64,000 bases of DNA from Candidatus Poribacteria bacterium. GTDB lineage: Bacteria; Poribacteria; WGA-4E; WGA-3G. The notes beneath the pieces were generated by a model. That model did no database searches. It had not been told where the DNA came from and worked only from the letters and a program-made list of their open reading frames with translations. Of the stretch, positions 50,432 to 61,050 are shown piece after piece (position 1 is the first letter of the stretch; every line of letters starts with the position of its first letter). A program made the position numbers and the translations under genes. Location of the stretch: positions 1,664,001 through 1,728,000 of the forward strand of contig CBDANF010000003.1 of NCBI GenBank assembly GCA_965197475.1. Reading direction: 5' to 3'.

Positions 50432-50917
50432 TTAGTACGGCACACGCATTCCGCGATAAAAATCAGGCTCCTTATAATCTTTTCGTAGCGGGTATCCTTC
50501 CCAATCATCGGGAAGTAAGATTCGGCGTAGGTCAGTATGCCCCTCAAAGAGAATACCATATAGGTCGTAAGCTTCGCGTTCGTGCCAATCCGCAGTTTTC
50601 CAAATATGTGAAACGCTCGGAAGGTGTGCATCAGTTTTCGGCATTGATGCTTTCAAAACCACGCTATGTCGATGCTGCATAGAATAGAGATGGTAAACGA
50701 CAGAGAATTCTTCCTCCTTGGCACCCAGATCAACACCACTAAGGCACATCAACGAATCAAACGCCAACGTGTCAGTCTCAACGAGATATTGACACACCTC
50801 AGCGATAGCTGCGGGAGCAATTTGAATACTCGGATCGCCAGCAAGTTCGGTGTCAAAACCGAGGGCAGATTCACCAAACTTCTTGGTTAGAATTTCATAA
50901 ATTTCTTCCGGTTTCAC
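50432..50917 (-). CDS. nuoC: NADH-quinone oxidoreductase subunit C
   Basis: ADWHEREAYDLYGI.FEGH.DLRRIL and GYPLRKDY. Confidence 0.97.
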   Translation of the reverse strand: MKPEEIYEILTKKFGESALGFDTELAGDPSIQIAPAAIAEVCQYLVETDTLAFDSLMCLSGVDLGAKEEEFSVVYHLYSMQHRHSVVLKASMPKTDAHLPSVSHIWKTADWHEREAYDLYGILFEGHTDLRRILLPDDWEGYPLRKDYKEPDFYRGMRVPY

Positions 50918-50949
50918 GTAATATCTACTCCAGATGAGATAGTGCTATT

Positions 50950-51555
50950 TTATACAGTGCTTTCAGCGTTTTCGTCTTCAGCGGTTGGTGTTTCAGCTTC
51001 ATCGGCACCTTCGGTTTTCTCGTGTTCATACCATTCTGTTTTGGTAAAGAGTCTCTTCAAGAACGGAACATTGGAACGTTTTGCGACGGTTTGGGTTTTA
51101 ATTTTTTCCTGTAATTTCAACAAACCTTCAATGAGTGCTTCCGGTCGTGGGGGACATCCTGGGACATAAACGTCAACTGGTATAATCCGATCAACCCCTT
51201 TAAGAACATGGTATCCGTGCTGCCAATAGGGACCACCGCTTGTAGCGCAGCTACCCATTGAGATGACGTACTTCGGTTCAGGCATCTGTTCATAAAGACG
51301 TTTGATACGTGTTGCCATTTTAAGCGTTACTGTACCAGAAATCACCATTAAATCTGATTGGCGAGGTGTTGCCCGAGGCACACCTGCCCCGAATCTGTCC
51401 AAGTCGTAGTTAGAAGCAGCTGTTGCCATAAATTCAATTGCACAACAAGCGAGACCAAATGTCATCGGCCAGAGTGCTGAGGATCGTGCCCAGTTCGCGA
51501 CAGCATCAACTGAGGTGACAATTATGTTTTTGTCCAATTTCTCATCAATTATCAT
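50950..51555 (-). CDS. nuoB: NADH-quinone oxidoreductase subunit B
   Basis: [14 protein letters not shown] and VPGCPPRPE. Confidence 0.97.
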   Translation of the reverse strand: MIIDEKLDKNIIVTSVDAVANWARSSALWPMTFGLACCAIEFMATAASNYDLDRFGAGVPRATPRQSDLMVISGTVTLKMATRIKRLYEQMPEPKYVISMGSCATSGGPYWQHGYHVLKGVDRIIPVDVYVPGCPPRPEALIEGLLKLQEKIKTQTVAKRSNVPFLKRLFTKTEWYEHEKTEGADEAETPTAEDENAESTV

Positions 51556-51955
51556 AACTTTCCTCCCTTTGGAAGGACTGTACCTCTAATTGTGTGGAAC
51601 GAATCCACTCCAGATCGCCTTTTGCCCACACATAAGCGAGTCCGACTAACAGGATTGCGATAAAGACGAGCATTTCCAAAAATGCAAAGAGACCGAAGTC
51701 TCGGAAAACAACTGCCCACGGCAGAAGGAATACGACTTCCACGTCAAAGATTAGAAAGATGAGGGCGATCACATAAAAACGGGTGTTGAACTTAATCCGT
51801 GTGTCGCCAATCGGGTCTTCCCCGCATTCATACGGGGTGTACTTTTCGCCCGAAAACAACTTTGTATGAACAAGACGAGAAATAGTTATGTTTAGGACAA
51901 CAAACAAGCAGCCAACAACTAAGAAAATCAGAACATTTGCAAAATCAAAGAGCAT
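51545..51955 (-). CDS. nuoA: NADH-quinone oxidoreductase subunit A
   Basis: [20 protein letters not shown] and KGDLEW. Confidence 0.97.
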   Translation of the reverse strand: MLFDFANVLIFLVVGCLFVVLNITISRLVHTKLFSGEKYTPYECGEDPIGDTRIKFNTRFYVIALIFLIFDVEVVFLLPWAVVFRDFGLFAFLEMLVFIAILLVGLAYVWAKGDLEWIRSTQLEVQSFQREESYDN

Positions 51956-52197
51956 CTATCTTATCCTTATTAGAACGGAAGTTGCAGTGTGTCGTGTTTC
52001 ATTTTGTCTATAAAGTATATCCTAAATTAGTAGGAATTTGCAAGGAAAAAATAAGCAACTCACGTATTTCCGTTATCTTATAAAGTGTTCTTGAACCATT
52101 TTTTCTTACGTTTTAGCATTCCTTCAATTTTTTGTTGCAATACATCTAAAATTTTGCAATAATTTATTAGGAATGAAAAAGTTTGAAGGAGTACGAA

Positions 52198-52965
52198 ATG
52201 TTTAGTTGTGACTACCATATTCATACGCAACTTTCCGGATGTGCCGATAACGAGTTAAGTATAGAGAGAATTATTCATCTTCAACAGGAACGTGGCATTG
52301 AGACAATCGGGATAACTGACCATGATTATAGTTATCAATCTAAAGAAAAAACGATTCAAGCTGCACAGCAGGCGATAAAGGCAGCAGACCCGTCAATTGA
52401 AGTGCATTTTGGTGTGGAGTCACAGATGTTGGAATATCAGGTTACCTCAATACACATTCGTTTGGCATCATATTTTGATTATGTCCTGATGGCTCCAAAT
52501 CACTATCATTTACAGGGTGTTGCACAGCCGAGAAGTTTTCGCGATCCGCGTCGGGTGGCACTACACGAAATCTATATGTTTGAGGCAGCGATTTCTTGCC
52601 CTATCACCGATGCAGTCGTCCATCCTTTTCTCCTCTCCCCAGATGTTTTCCGGTTTTCTACAGAGGAGCTCGCTGCTTTTGCACAGGAAATGATGCGCAA
52701 TATTGAACAGAAACGGTTGATTTATCAACTTGATCTCGCCTCTCAGCGCGGACTCGGTATAGAAATCAGTCCCAAGATGGTTCGTTACAATCAACGCCAT
52801 CTCATAGAATTCTATCAACTATGCTTAGAACGGGATGTGAAACTGCTGATCGGGAGCGATGCACATAACGTAAAACAGTTGGAAGAACTTTCACTGCTTA
52901 CGCCAATTATAGAAGAATTGGGGATTACAGAAGAACACCTCTGGCATCCAAACAGAACAAATTAG
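52198..52965 (+). CDS. PHP-domain phosphoesterase
   Basis: DYHIHT, GITDH, GVE, VVHP and GSDAH motifs. Confidence 0.9.
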   Translation: MFSCDYHIHTQLSGCADNELSIERIIHLQQERGIETIGITDHDYSYQSKEKTIQAAQQAIKAADPSIEVHFGVESQMLEYQVTSIHIRLASYFDYVLMAPNHYHLQGVAQPRSFRDPRRVALHEIYMFEAAISCPITDAVVHPFLLSPDVFRFSTEELAAFAQEMMRNIEQKRLIYQLDLASQRGLGIEISPKMVRYNQRHLIEFYQLCLERDVKLLIGSDAHNVKQLEELSLLTPIIEELGITEEHLWHPNRTN

Positions 52966-53111
52966 TTTGTGATTATAAGTTGTCAACCGACCGTCGCATC
53001 GGTTAAATAAATATATTCAATTGTCGTGGAGCATTCTTGTGGGAGGACTTTGTAAACCCGGTTTATGTGTTTGGTACATTTGATCCAACAATTTTCCAAT
53101 GGAAGTATGAC

Positions 53112-53160
53112 ACTTCTCTACATAGCCACGTTCCATGAAAACGTGGCTATGTAGAGAAGT
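53112..53160. terminator. Perfect 21-bp hairpin between convergent genes
   Basis: ACTTCTCTACATAGCCACGTT-ccatgaa-AACGTGGCTATGTAGAGAAGT. Confidence 0.55.
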
Positions 53161-53168
53161 CATACAAA

Positions 53169-54112
53169 TCAATTGGGACTTTTAATTCTTCCTCAAGTAG
53201 TGGTTAACAACGCTTCTGAAGGTGAGACAGTGAGGGTGAAGGGTCAAACCAAACCGCATCGAAATTGTGACCGTCATGCGTAAGCTGCTTGATCCTATGA
53301 GTGCTTAAATTGACTGTGAAAAGTTGGGCACCAACGTTTTCTGCCTGTGCATATAAAAGTTCATCACCGCTTGGTGACCACGCCAATGATCGGACATAGG
53401 TATCAATCTCAGCAATCTGCTCAAGTTCGGTTCCGTCTTGATTTACAGTGTAAATACCGCTTTCCTCCCCTATTCGCGACCAGTAAAAGGCAATTTTTTT
53501 ACCGTCAGGTGACCAAGTAGGGTAAAGCATCCACGGAGGATTTTTTGACACAAGCTTCTCTTGTGTGTTGGTTTCAAGGTTATATATGTAGATTTCTCTT
53601 TTTTGGAAGGCAGCCATTACAAAAGCTATCTCTGTGCCATCAGGCGACCAAGCAGGATCCCCGCCTCGTCTGTCCACCGGAATTACCGGGCAACAGATTG
53701 TCCATCTGTTGTGGCAATGTGGATATTCCAACTTTGGGATATTTTTGAATACGCCATATAAGCAATTTGTTTCCCATCAGGGGACCACGATGGTTCGCGT
53801 TTGTAATTCCCGGTGTCAAAGACAGGTTTCATGTTTGTTCCGTCTGCGTCCATAACATAGATGTCATGAAGCCCATTGTTGTTCCGTGCGCCAAAAAGAA
53901 TCTGTTCTCCCAAGGGAGACCAAGCTAATTGGTTAACCGTTTTTCGGATTAAGTTGACACGGTTACCCCCATCTGGGTTCATCATGTCAATACCCCATGT
54001 GTTATCAATTTTTGACACAAACGCAATTTTTGCAGTTGCGGGTGCCTTTGCCATAACCGGACACAACAACATTAGATTTATACCGCATAACAGCAAAAAA
54101 CGTAAATTTTCA
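53169..54112 (-). pseudogene. TolB-like beta-propeller protein, degraded
   Basis: WSPDG repeats split across 53683..54096 and 53204..53731, with another frameshift near 53235. The C-terminal motif reads VSPSEALLTTT*GRIK (TGA at 53193-95 in place of Trp). Confidence 0.8.
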
Positions 54113-54151
54113 TTGGAAATCCTCCTATAAATACAGGTTCACTTTCAAACA

Positions 54152-54450
54152 CTATTTAATCTTCCGAAAAGTACATTGAATATTACCCGTCCGTACCCAA
54201 CCCTCCGGGGTCAGTTCAATTCTACCGTAACGTGTCAAATGCAACAGGTCATCGGTGCCGGATTCTCCTTGAAAAAAAGAAACACCAACACCTGGCGCGA
54301 GTGATCTCGAAAAAGTAGCATCACTTTCCTTATGGAGTTCACCGTAAGATTCAAGCAAAGTTTGGCGTTCTTCTTGGGTTTTCAAGGTAGTTTAATTGAC
54401 ACAACTAATCAAAATGAGAAACACAGCGTACAGAAATGTTAGTGTTTCAT
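54152..54450 (-). pseudogene. Small lipoprotein remnant
   Basis: ATG at 54450, a frameshift, LILISC lipobox, then an in-frame TAA before ORF 54152..54385. Confidence 0.5.
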
Positions 54451-54458
54451 GGTTTCAC

Positions 54459-55205
54459 CTATTTTATCGTTACTAAAATAGCATTGGATTCAAGGGATGT
54501 CTTTCCACGACTCGAATTTAGTGGCAGATAAATGTTCTGCAGCTCATCCTTGTATTTCTCTTTGATGAATTCAATTTGGTCTTGCGTGTAACTGATGGCT
54601 TCTTTTTTTACCTCTGGCGTGAACTGTGGACTAGGATTATTCTGGATTTCCTGAATCTCGCGTTCCAATTCAATCACTTGTGGATGCTGATCTTGAAAGA
54701 ACTCATTGTATACCTCTAATACAATCGTAACTTTTACTGTGTAATTACCAGGTTCAAGTTGATAATGTTTCTGCAGGTTTTCCAATGAAACCTTCTGTGT
54801 TGCACCTGCTTTCAGATCAAAACCTTGAACACATCTGACAGATTCTCCATCTTGATAGAGTGTTTTGAGCGTGTTTGCAGGTGGAAGAGGGCGTTTCATT
54901 CTGACAATCTCACCGTTGCTGTCTGTAACTGTAAGTTGTTTGAAAACCCTTTGTGTTGAAACGGTTGAAAATGGCACCAGCAGATCGAACTTACCGTTTT
55001 GAATGTTAATCTCCAGCGGAATTACTTCTTGTGTTGAATAAGTCGTTTTAGGTGTGGAAAGTTCAAAGACCGCGAGAAGAGCCGATTTTTCTCCTTCAGT
55101 TGAGGAAACTTCCGTCTCAACCGGCCGCAATCCTCTCTCTAAGCTACCGACACATCCACACAAGCTGACAATTAGAAACAGATAAAAAAATGTAAATAGT
55201 TTCAT
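54459..55205 (-). CDS. Hypothetical lipoprotein
   Basis: AGGAGA RBS and MKLFTFF...LCGC lipobox. Confidence 0.7.
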   Translation of the reverse strand: MKLFTFFYLFLIVSLCGCVGSLERGLRPVETEVSSTEGEKSALLAVFELSTPKTTYSTQEVIPLEINIQNGKFDLLVPFSTVSTQRVFKQLTVTDSNGEIVRMKRPLPPANTLKTLYQDGESVRCVQGFDLKAGATQKVSLENLQKHYQLEPGNYTVKVTIVLEVYNEFFQDQHPQVIELEREIQEIQNNPSPQFTPEVKKEAISYTQDQIEFIKEKYKDELQNIYLPLNSSRGKTSLESNAILVTIK

Positions 55206-55226
55206 AAGTGTATATCTCCTAAAATT

Positions 55227-55670
55227 ACCCAAGTTGCTACCTAACAAATTACTTTTAAATTCATGGGATTTCCTCTATAATGTTTTATCACAACAAAACA
55301 AAAGGAGAACCTCATGGACTTAACCATTGTAGCACTTTATACGATTTGTGACGATCTTTTAATTTCACTCGGTCATTGGACACATCCACAAGCACAAATG
55401 TCGGATGCTGAAGTGGTGACAACTGTGGTTATTGCAGCACGATTTTTTGGAGGCAATCATCAAACCGCTTGCTGTGTCCTAAAAACACTCGGATATATCC
55501 CCGATATGTTAGGGCACTCGCGATACAATCGTAGACTCCATAAGGTCTCTCGGTTGTTTCAAACGCTTTTTGAACATCTCGCTGAAGTATCTAAATCCAA
55601 TAATCCGAAAAACATTTACGCGATTGACACCTATCCCGTCGCCGTGTGTGACAACATTACGACTTGGTAA
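55227..55670 (+). mobile_element. IS982-family remnant with truncated transposase (55314..55670)
   Basis: IVALYTICDDLL...MSDAEV.T...FFGGN...SRYNRRLH...YAIDTYPVAVCDNI. Left end ACCCAAGTTG; CGACTTGGT at the truncation point. Confidence 0.8.
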
Positions 55671-55700
55671 GTCAGTCCTACCAATCTATACTGCATAAGA

Positions 55701-57839
55701 TCATTTCCTTCCCATAGCATTTGCTACTTTTACTAAGTCCTGGATATTTACAACACCATCTTTATTGACATCATTTCTTAACCCAATCCCACTAAAAAAG
55801 CAACTCTCTCCGAAATCGTTGGCAACGCTAACTAAATCTTGAATGTTAACGACACCATCAGCGTTAACGTCTTCTGGGAGAAGTTCCGATATAGGTAGTA
55901 TGGAAGCCACATCCCACAAAAATCTGCCCGCTGTAAAATCCTTACCATCTGGGCTGAACGTTACGTTACTCCATCCTCCAGTAAGCATGTGCAGCAGCGC
56001 GCCGGTGTTCACATCCCAAAAATGAATATTATTAGGGAATCTGAGGAAAGAACGACTTGCAAGCGTTTGCCCATCTGGACTGAACGCAACGCTTTCCACA
56101 GTTGCCTTAAACAACGTTCGCAGCAGCGTGCCAGTGTTCACATCCCATAAATGAACTCCTACATCATCCCCACTTGCCAGTGTTTGCCCGTCCGGACTGA
56201 ACGCAACGCTATAAACCTTATGATACATTAATGTATCACTTTTCAGCGTGTATAACAGCGTGCCGGTATTCACATCCCATAAACGGGTGGTGCTATCCTG
56301 ACTCCCACTTGCAATCATTTGTCCATCCGGACTGAACGCAACGCTACTCATAGTAAACGTATGTCCTCTGAATGTTTGCAGAAGATCACCGGTGTTTACA
56401 TCCCATAATTCTATGATATTGAGATTAGTATTATAAGACCCACTTGCACTTGCGAGCGTTTGTCCGTCCGGACTAAACGCAACACTCCGAACATTATTCG
56501 CGTTTGCTTTGAATACGTGCAGAGTCTGACCGGTATTTACATCCCACAAACGGATAAAATTGTTATGATCCCCACTTGCCAGTGTTTGCCCGTCCGGGCT
56601 GAACGCAACGCTGGTGATCGTAGTACCATGCCCTAAAAGCATGCGTAGATGCTCACCGGTGTCTGCATCATAAAGATTAAGAGTAAGCCCATTCACTCTT
56701 GCAAGCATCTGACTATCAGGACTAAACGCCACACTACGTTCACCGAGAGCGTCTCCTATAAATCCTGTGATCGTGTGGAGTTTTCTAAAGGTATTGACAT
56801 CAATAAAACATATAGAACCGTCATAACCGCTACTCGCGAGTGTTTGGCCATCCGGACTAAACACCACCTGCATAACCGGAAACCTATGCGTGATTTCATT
56901 TATCTGACGAGAATGTGGTGCCACCGCACGCAGAATCCTGCCAGTGTTCGTATCCCGAAGTTTGATAGAAACTTCACCAGCCACACTTAAACTTACGAAT
57001 GTCTGCCAATCTGGGCTGAACACAATACTCTTATGATAACCACCCCCCAACGTGAATGTACGCAGCAGCGTGCCGGTTTCTACATCGTAGAATTGGAGCG
57101 TACTATCCCAAAGTGCAAGAGTTTGTCCATCTGGACTGAACATAAACAAATTACTTTGTCCAAGCGGCGTGAATGTGTGAAGAAGTATGCCTGTCTCCAC
57201 GCGCCACAACTGAGTGTTATTTTCAGGCCCACGACTTACAAGTATCTGTCCATCCGGGCTAAGACTATGTTTTGAAATAGGACCGGGGATCGGGAGTGAG
57301 CGCAAAAGTTTGCCCCCTGTGTCCACATCATAGAATTGAGTGGAATCCTTGCTACCTACTGCCAATATATGTCCATCTGCACTGAATGCCATTCCATAAC
57401 TCCGAGAGGAATAATTAAGATGACTAAATATCACTGTGCATACAACCCATCCGCGCTCCGTTGATTTGAGTGACTGGCTATTACTCAGCCCACCTATATC
57501 AGGTTGTGGTAGCTTATTTGTTGTAATCTCGTTCAGAAGGGTGCCGGTGTTCACATCATAGAATTTAGCACTCCTGTATCCTGCAAGAGATACTACGAGA
57601 ACTCGAACCTGTTTATTCGGACTCAGCCACTCGTTTGGCGAGTCCTCAATAGGCAGTTCTTGGTAGGTAACAGCATCATAAAAAAGTCTTCCATTAACTA
57701 TAAAATGTGTGCCATCTGGTGAGTACGCTATATCCGTTATCTGCCCTTTACCGATGTTTCTTTTAGTCGTGTCTTGGGCAGAACTTGTTGATAGAAAAAG
57801 TATTGTCAAAAAAACGATGATACCGGTAAAATATTTCAA
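55701..57839 (-). CDS. Secreted WD40-repeat protein with C-terminal dockerin-like repeat
   Basis: Many SVAFSPDGQTLAS...WDV repeats; DVNADGVVNIQDL present twice. Confidence 0.9.
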   Translation of the reverse strand: MKYFTGIIVFLTILFLSTSSAQDTTKRNIGKGQITDIAYSPDGTHFIVNGRLFYDAVTYQELPIEDSPNEWLSPNKQVRVLVVSLAGYRSAKFYDVNTGTLLNEITTNKLPQPDIGGLSNSQSLKSTERGWVVCTVIFSHLNYSSRSYGMAFSADGHILAVGSKDSTQFYDVDTGGKLLRSLPIPGPISKHSLSPDGQILVSRGPENNTQLWRVETGILLHTFTPLGQSNLFMFSPDGQTLALWDSTLQFYDVETGTLLRTFTLGGGYHKSIVFSPDWQTFVSLSVAGEVSIKLRDTNTGRILRAVAPHSRQINEITHRFPVMQVVFSPDGQTLASSGYDGSICFIDVNTFRKLHTITGFIGDALGERSVAFSPDSQMLARVNGLTLNLYDADTGEHLRMLLGHGTTITSVAFSPDGQTLASGDHNNFIRLWDVNTGQTLHVFKANANNVRSVAFSPDGQTLASASGSYNTNLNIIELWDVNTGDLLQTFRGHTFTMSSVAFSPDGQMIASGSQDSTTRLWDVNTGTLLYTLKSDTLMYHKVYSVAFSPDGQTLASGDDVGVHLWDVNTGTLLRTLFKATVESVAFSPDGQTLASRSFLRFPNNIHFWDVNTGALLHMLTGGWSNVTFSPDGKDFTAGRFLWDVASILPISELLPEDVNADGVVNIQDLVSVANDFGESCFFSGIGLRNDVNKDGVVNIQDLVKVANAMGRK

Positions 57840-57919
57840 AAGTATTCTCCTTACTTTATTTGACAGGTGAAAAGGTGTTTTTAGGACGTTTGATATGTTT
57901 AGTCAAACTCACAGTATGT

Positions 57920-59008
57920 TTACAAAGATATGAGTGATATACCCAAACCTGAGCGCGTAGACAGTTCAATAAAACCGTCAATAATTTGTTCGGGCGGGTC
58001 AACGAGGGCACTACGCCAATCTACTTCACCCCATGCATATTCAAGGATACCGAAGTTCGGTACACTTGCCATACATTGCACGCTTGCAGCTGTCGCAACG
58101 GGACCGCTTGGGTTATGAGGTGTTACTTTGACATTCGTTGTCTCTGTGAGGGTTGCTATCTTTTTTAAACCCAACAAACCACCGACATGTTTGACATCCG
58201 GCAATATATAGTCAACGCGCCCTTGTTTTAGTAGTCTGTCAAAATCTGTGAGTGTACGCAGTCGTTCTCCTGTTGCAATCGGCATAGACGTAGATTGACT
58301 TACATGCGCAACAGCATCAAGGTCGGTTAACGGCACCGGATCTTCAATCCAGAAGAGGTTCAGGTCGTCCAATGCTTTGGCTGTTTGAATGATGAGACCC
58401 GGATTAAACCGACTATGGCAGTCTACCATTAGATCTATTTCTGGACCGATAGCAGCACGAATCGCACGAATCCGATCAATACCCTGACAGATAGCAAGGT
58501 TAAGAGTGCCTTTCGAGATATCCGAGACTGAAACACCATCGAACGGTGCGCATTTTATTGCAGTAAATCCTTCGGCGACTGCTTGCTCAGCGTTTCGTGC
58601 AAAACCTTGTGGACTGCGATCTACTGTAGCACGGTTTATATTCGCATATAGACGAATTCGATTTCGGCACTTGCCACCGAGCAATTGATAACTCGGAACA
58701 TCTAACGTCTTGCCGGCCAAATCCCACATCGCCTGTTCAATTCCACTAAATGCGGTATGATAGGCGTGTCCTTCACTCTCACGGAAGAAACGGCGGCGAA
58801 ATGTTTCTAATTCAAACACATTCCACCCGATGAGTGTAGGTTTTAGTGTTTCAATTAGATATTTGACCCGTGCATCGTCTCTACCGTGGGAAGCTTCACC
58901 GATGCCAATTGTACCATCTTCAGCGTGAATTCTAACAAAAAGCCAATTACCGCGATGGTTCACATGGATGATTTCGGTCTCTACAGTTTTGATCTTTAGG
59001 GTGTACAT
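57920..59008 (-). CDS. Mandelate racemase/enolase-superfamily dehydratase (DgoD-like)
   Basis: GIGEAS, EQAMWDLAGK, MVDCH, WIEDP, ATGE and PHNPSGP. Confidence 0.9.
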   Translation of the reverse strand: MYTLKIKTVETEIIHVNHRGNWLFVRIHAEDGTIGIGEASHGRDDARVKYLIETLKPTLIGWNVFELETFRRRFFRESEGHAYHTAFSGIEQAMWDLAGKTLDVPSYQLLGGKCRNRIRLYANINRATVDRSPQGFARNAEQAVAEGFTAIKCAPFDGVSVSDISKGTLNLAICQGIDRIRAIRAAIGPEIDLMVDCHSRFNPGLIIQTAKALDDLNLFWIEDPVPLTDLDAVAHVSQSTSMPIATGERLRTLTDFDRLLKQGRVDYILPDVKHVGGLLGLKKIATLTETTNVKVTPHNPSGPVATAASVQCMASVPNFGILEYAWGEVDWRSALVDPPEQIIDGFIELSTRSGLGISLISL

Positions 59009-59018
59009 CTTTCGGACT

Positions 59019-59666
59019 TTACGATGTCGCTGCCCATCTTACTGCTTGCGTAAGAAATTTCTGCATTCCGGCTCGTTCAAAGGTACCCGGCCCGTGCCCC
59101 AAGGTAGTATAAAAAACACGCCCCGAACCGTAAGACTTAACCCATGCCATCGGATGCGCCTTGCCGAACCATTCTGCTGTTGCTAATACATGTATGTGCG
59201 GGTCGTACGCTGAGATGTAGATTTCATCTTCAACGTCAAAATCCGATACGCCTTGAGTTGTAGGATGTTCAGTGTCCTCAATACACACAGTAAAGGTTGA
59301 GCCCGGCGGATGCCAGTTTGCATGTCCACCAATCAGATCAACGGCGCGACCACCAATCCACCACGCGGTACCATGAATACCGACTAATCCTTTGCCCTCA
59401 TGCACAAACTGAAACAGACCGCCTTCTTGCGCAGGTGTTAAATCTGGGACGCGTTTGGAAGTGCCATCCTCTTGGCGTTCTGAGCGGGTGAAGCCAGTAC
59501 CGAAGACACACGCGTCATAGTTACTTAACTCATTGGACGCTAAGATATCTTTATCGTCGGTTAAGGTTGCAGAAATTTCTGCATCTGTATCCAGAAAACT
59601 GTGAATTACATTTGCACTCGCATTAAAACGATGGTTATCACCGGATAGCACGAGAATTTTTGACAT
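59019..59666 (-). CDS. ThuA-like domain protein
   Basis: GLVGIH, DEIY and GRVFYTTLGH. Confidence 0.85.
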   Translation of the reverse strand: MSKILVLSGDNHRFNASANVIHSFLDTDAEISATLTDDKDILASNELSNYDACVFGTGFTRSERQEDGTSKRVPDLTPAQEGGLFQFVHEGKGLVGIHGTAWWIGGRAVDLIGGHANWHPPGSTFTVCIEDTEHPTTQGVSDFDVEDEIYISAYDPHIHVLATAEWFGKAHPMAWVKSYGSGRVFYTTLGHGPGTFERAGMQKFLTQAVRWAATS

Positions 59667-59827
59667 AATTGTCTCCTTCCGAACAGCATTGGTAACTCGC
59701 TTATCATGAGAATCTAAACGAGTGAAGTGTTCTTAGTGTCAAAAGTATAGTTGAAAACCGAAAATATGTCAATATAATTGCGGAGCTACGCAGATCTATT
59801 CAATTCTCGTGAAATACGCTTAGGTAA

Positions 59828-60104
59828 TACCATTTCTAAGAGATTGTATTGCATTATTTCGTCCGTCGGGTAGAGCTTGCGATACCCTTATGCGTCAATT
59901 TTAGTGTTATGCGGCGGAAAAAATGGACACCTGTCGCCCCTCTGGGACTTGGTAAACACAGACATCAGCTATACACCTCATGCAGCATGCCATACGCGCA
60001 TGCTGCCTCTCCGAGGTATAGTCAATCGTATATCAGCACCAGCGGTGCGGAAGGTGTATGGTATAAAACAATCTATTATGATATTTTGTCAATTAGATAT
60101 GGTA
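59828..60104. mobile_element. MITE-A second copy (277 bp, inverted) with TAA duplication
   Basis: TAA(59825-27)-TACCATTTCTAAG...TTAGATATGGTA-TAA(60105-07). Reverse complement of 26896-27225 lacking about 50 bp. Confidence 0.88.
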
Positions 60105-61029
60105 TAATATCCCACAACCGCACTGTGCCATCCTCACTGCCACTCGCAAGTTTTGTCCCATCAGGATTGAACGCGACACTTTTAACAGATGCTGTATGAC
60201 TAGCAATAGTCTTAAGTTGTGCACCTATGTTAACATCCCATAGACGGATAGTTTTGTCCTCACTGCCACTTGCAAGTATCCTTCCATTAGGACTGAACGC
60301 AACACTCCAGACAACATCCGTATGCCCAGTCAGTAATTTCAGTTCCTCTTTCGTGGTAGTATCCCACAAGCGAATGGTTTTGTCCCAACTTCCGCTCGCG
60401 AGGGTCCTGCCATCAGGACTGAACGCTACGCTAAAGACCCAATTTGTATGTCCTTCAAAGGTCGCCTCGTGTTCACCCGTTGCAATATCCCATAAGCGGA
60501 TAGTGTTAGCAGCATTCCCACTCGCGAGTGTCTGTCCATCCGGACTGAACACAACGCTAAAGATATTCTCTGTCCCCTCAGTAAGAGCTTTCAGTTTTTC
60601 ACCTGTCGCCACATCCCACAGATAAAGATTACCGTCCTCACTACCACTCGCGAGTGTCTTACCATCCACACTAAATGCAACGGTATTGACCCAATGCAAA
60701 GCCGTACTTGTCCTCTTCCGCAATGTTTTGAGCTGTTCCCTTGTTTCCGCATCCCAAAGGCAGATCGTCTCACTTTCACTAACACCACCAGCGATAATTC
60801 GTCCATCTGGACTGAATGCAACACTTCTGACAGTACTTGTGCAATGCCCTCCGATATCCACCCAGAACATCTTCTTTTCTTTTCCAGTGGCAACATCCCA
60901 GAAGCGGATAGTGTTGTCCTTGTCCCCTGCAAGTATAGAACCATCTGGACTGAACGCCACACTATAGCGTCTTTCTTTATCTTCATCAATCGTCAAGTGA
61001 GGTATGTGTTCGGCAGTGGTTGTCTCCAT
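60076..61029 (-). CDS. WD40-repeat protein; last codons supplied by the MITE
   Basis: Seven SVAFSPDG...WD repeats. Confidence 0.9.
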   Translation of the reverse strand: METTTAEHIPHLTIDEDKERRYSVAFSPDGSILAGDKDNTIRFWDVATGKEKKMFWVDIGGHCTSTVRSVAFSPDGRIIAGGVSESETICLWDAETREQLKTLRKRTSTALHWVNTVAFSVDGKTLASGSEDGNLYLWDVATGEKLKALTEGTENIFSVVFSPDGQTLASGNAANTIRLWDIATGEHEATFEGHTNWVFSVAFSPDGRTLASGSWDKTIRLWDTTTKEELKLLTGHTDVVWSVAFSPNGRILASGSEDKTIRLWDVNIGAQLKTIASHTASVKSVAFNPDGTKLASGSEDGTVRLWDIIPYLIDKIS

Positions 61030-61050
61030 AACGAAATTTCTCCTTTGGTA

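Noticed and set aside
53193-53195. TGA at a conserved Trp as evidence of UGA=Trp recoding or Sec
   Set aside because: The gene has other frameshifts, TGA terminates normal genes here (pdxH, gcvH), and the position is Trp rather than Cys.
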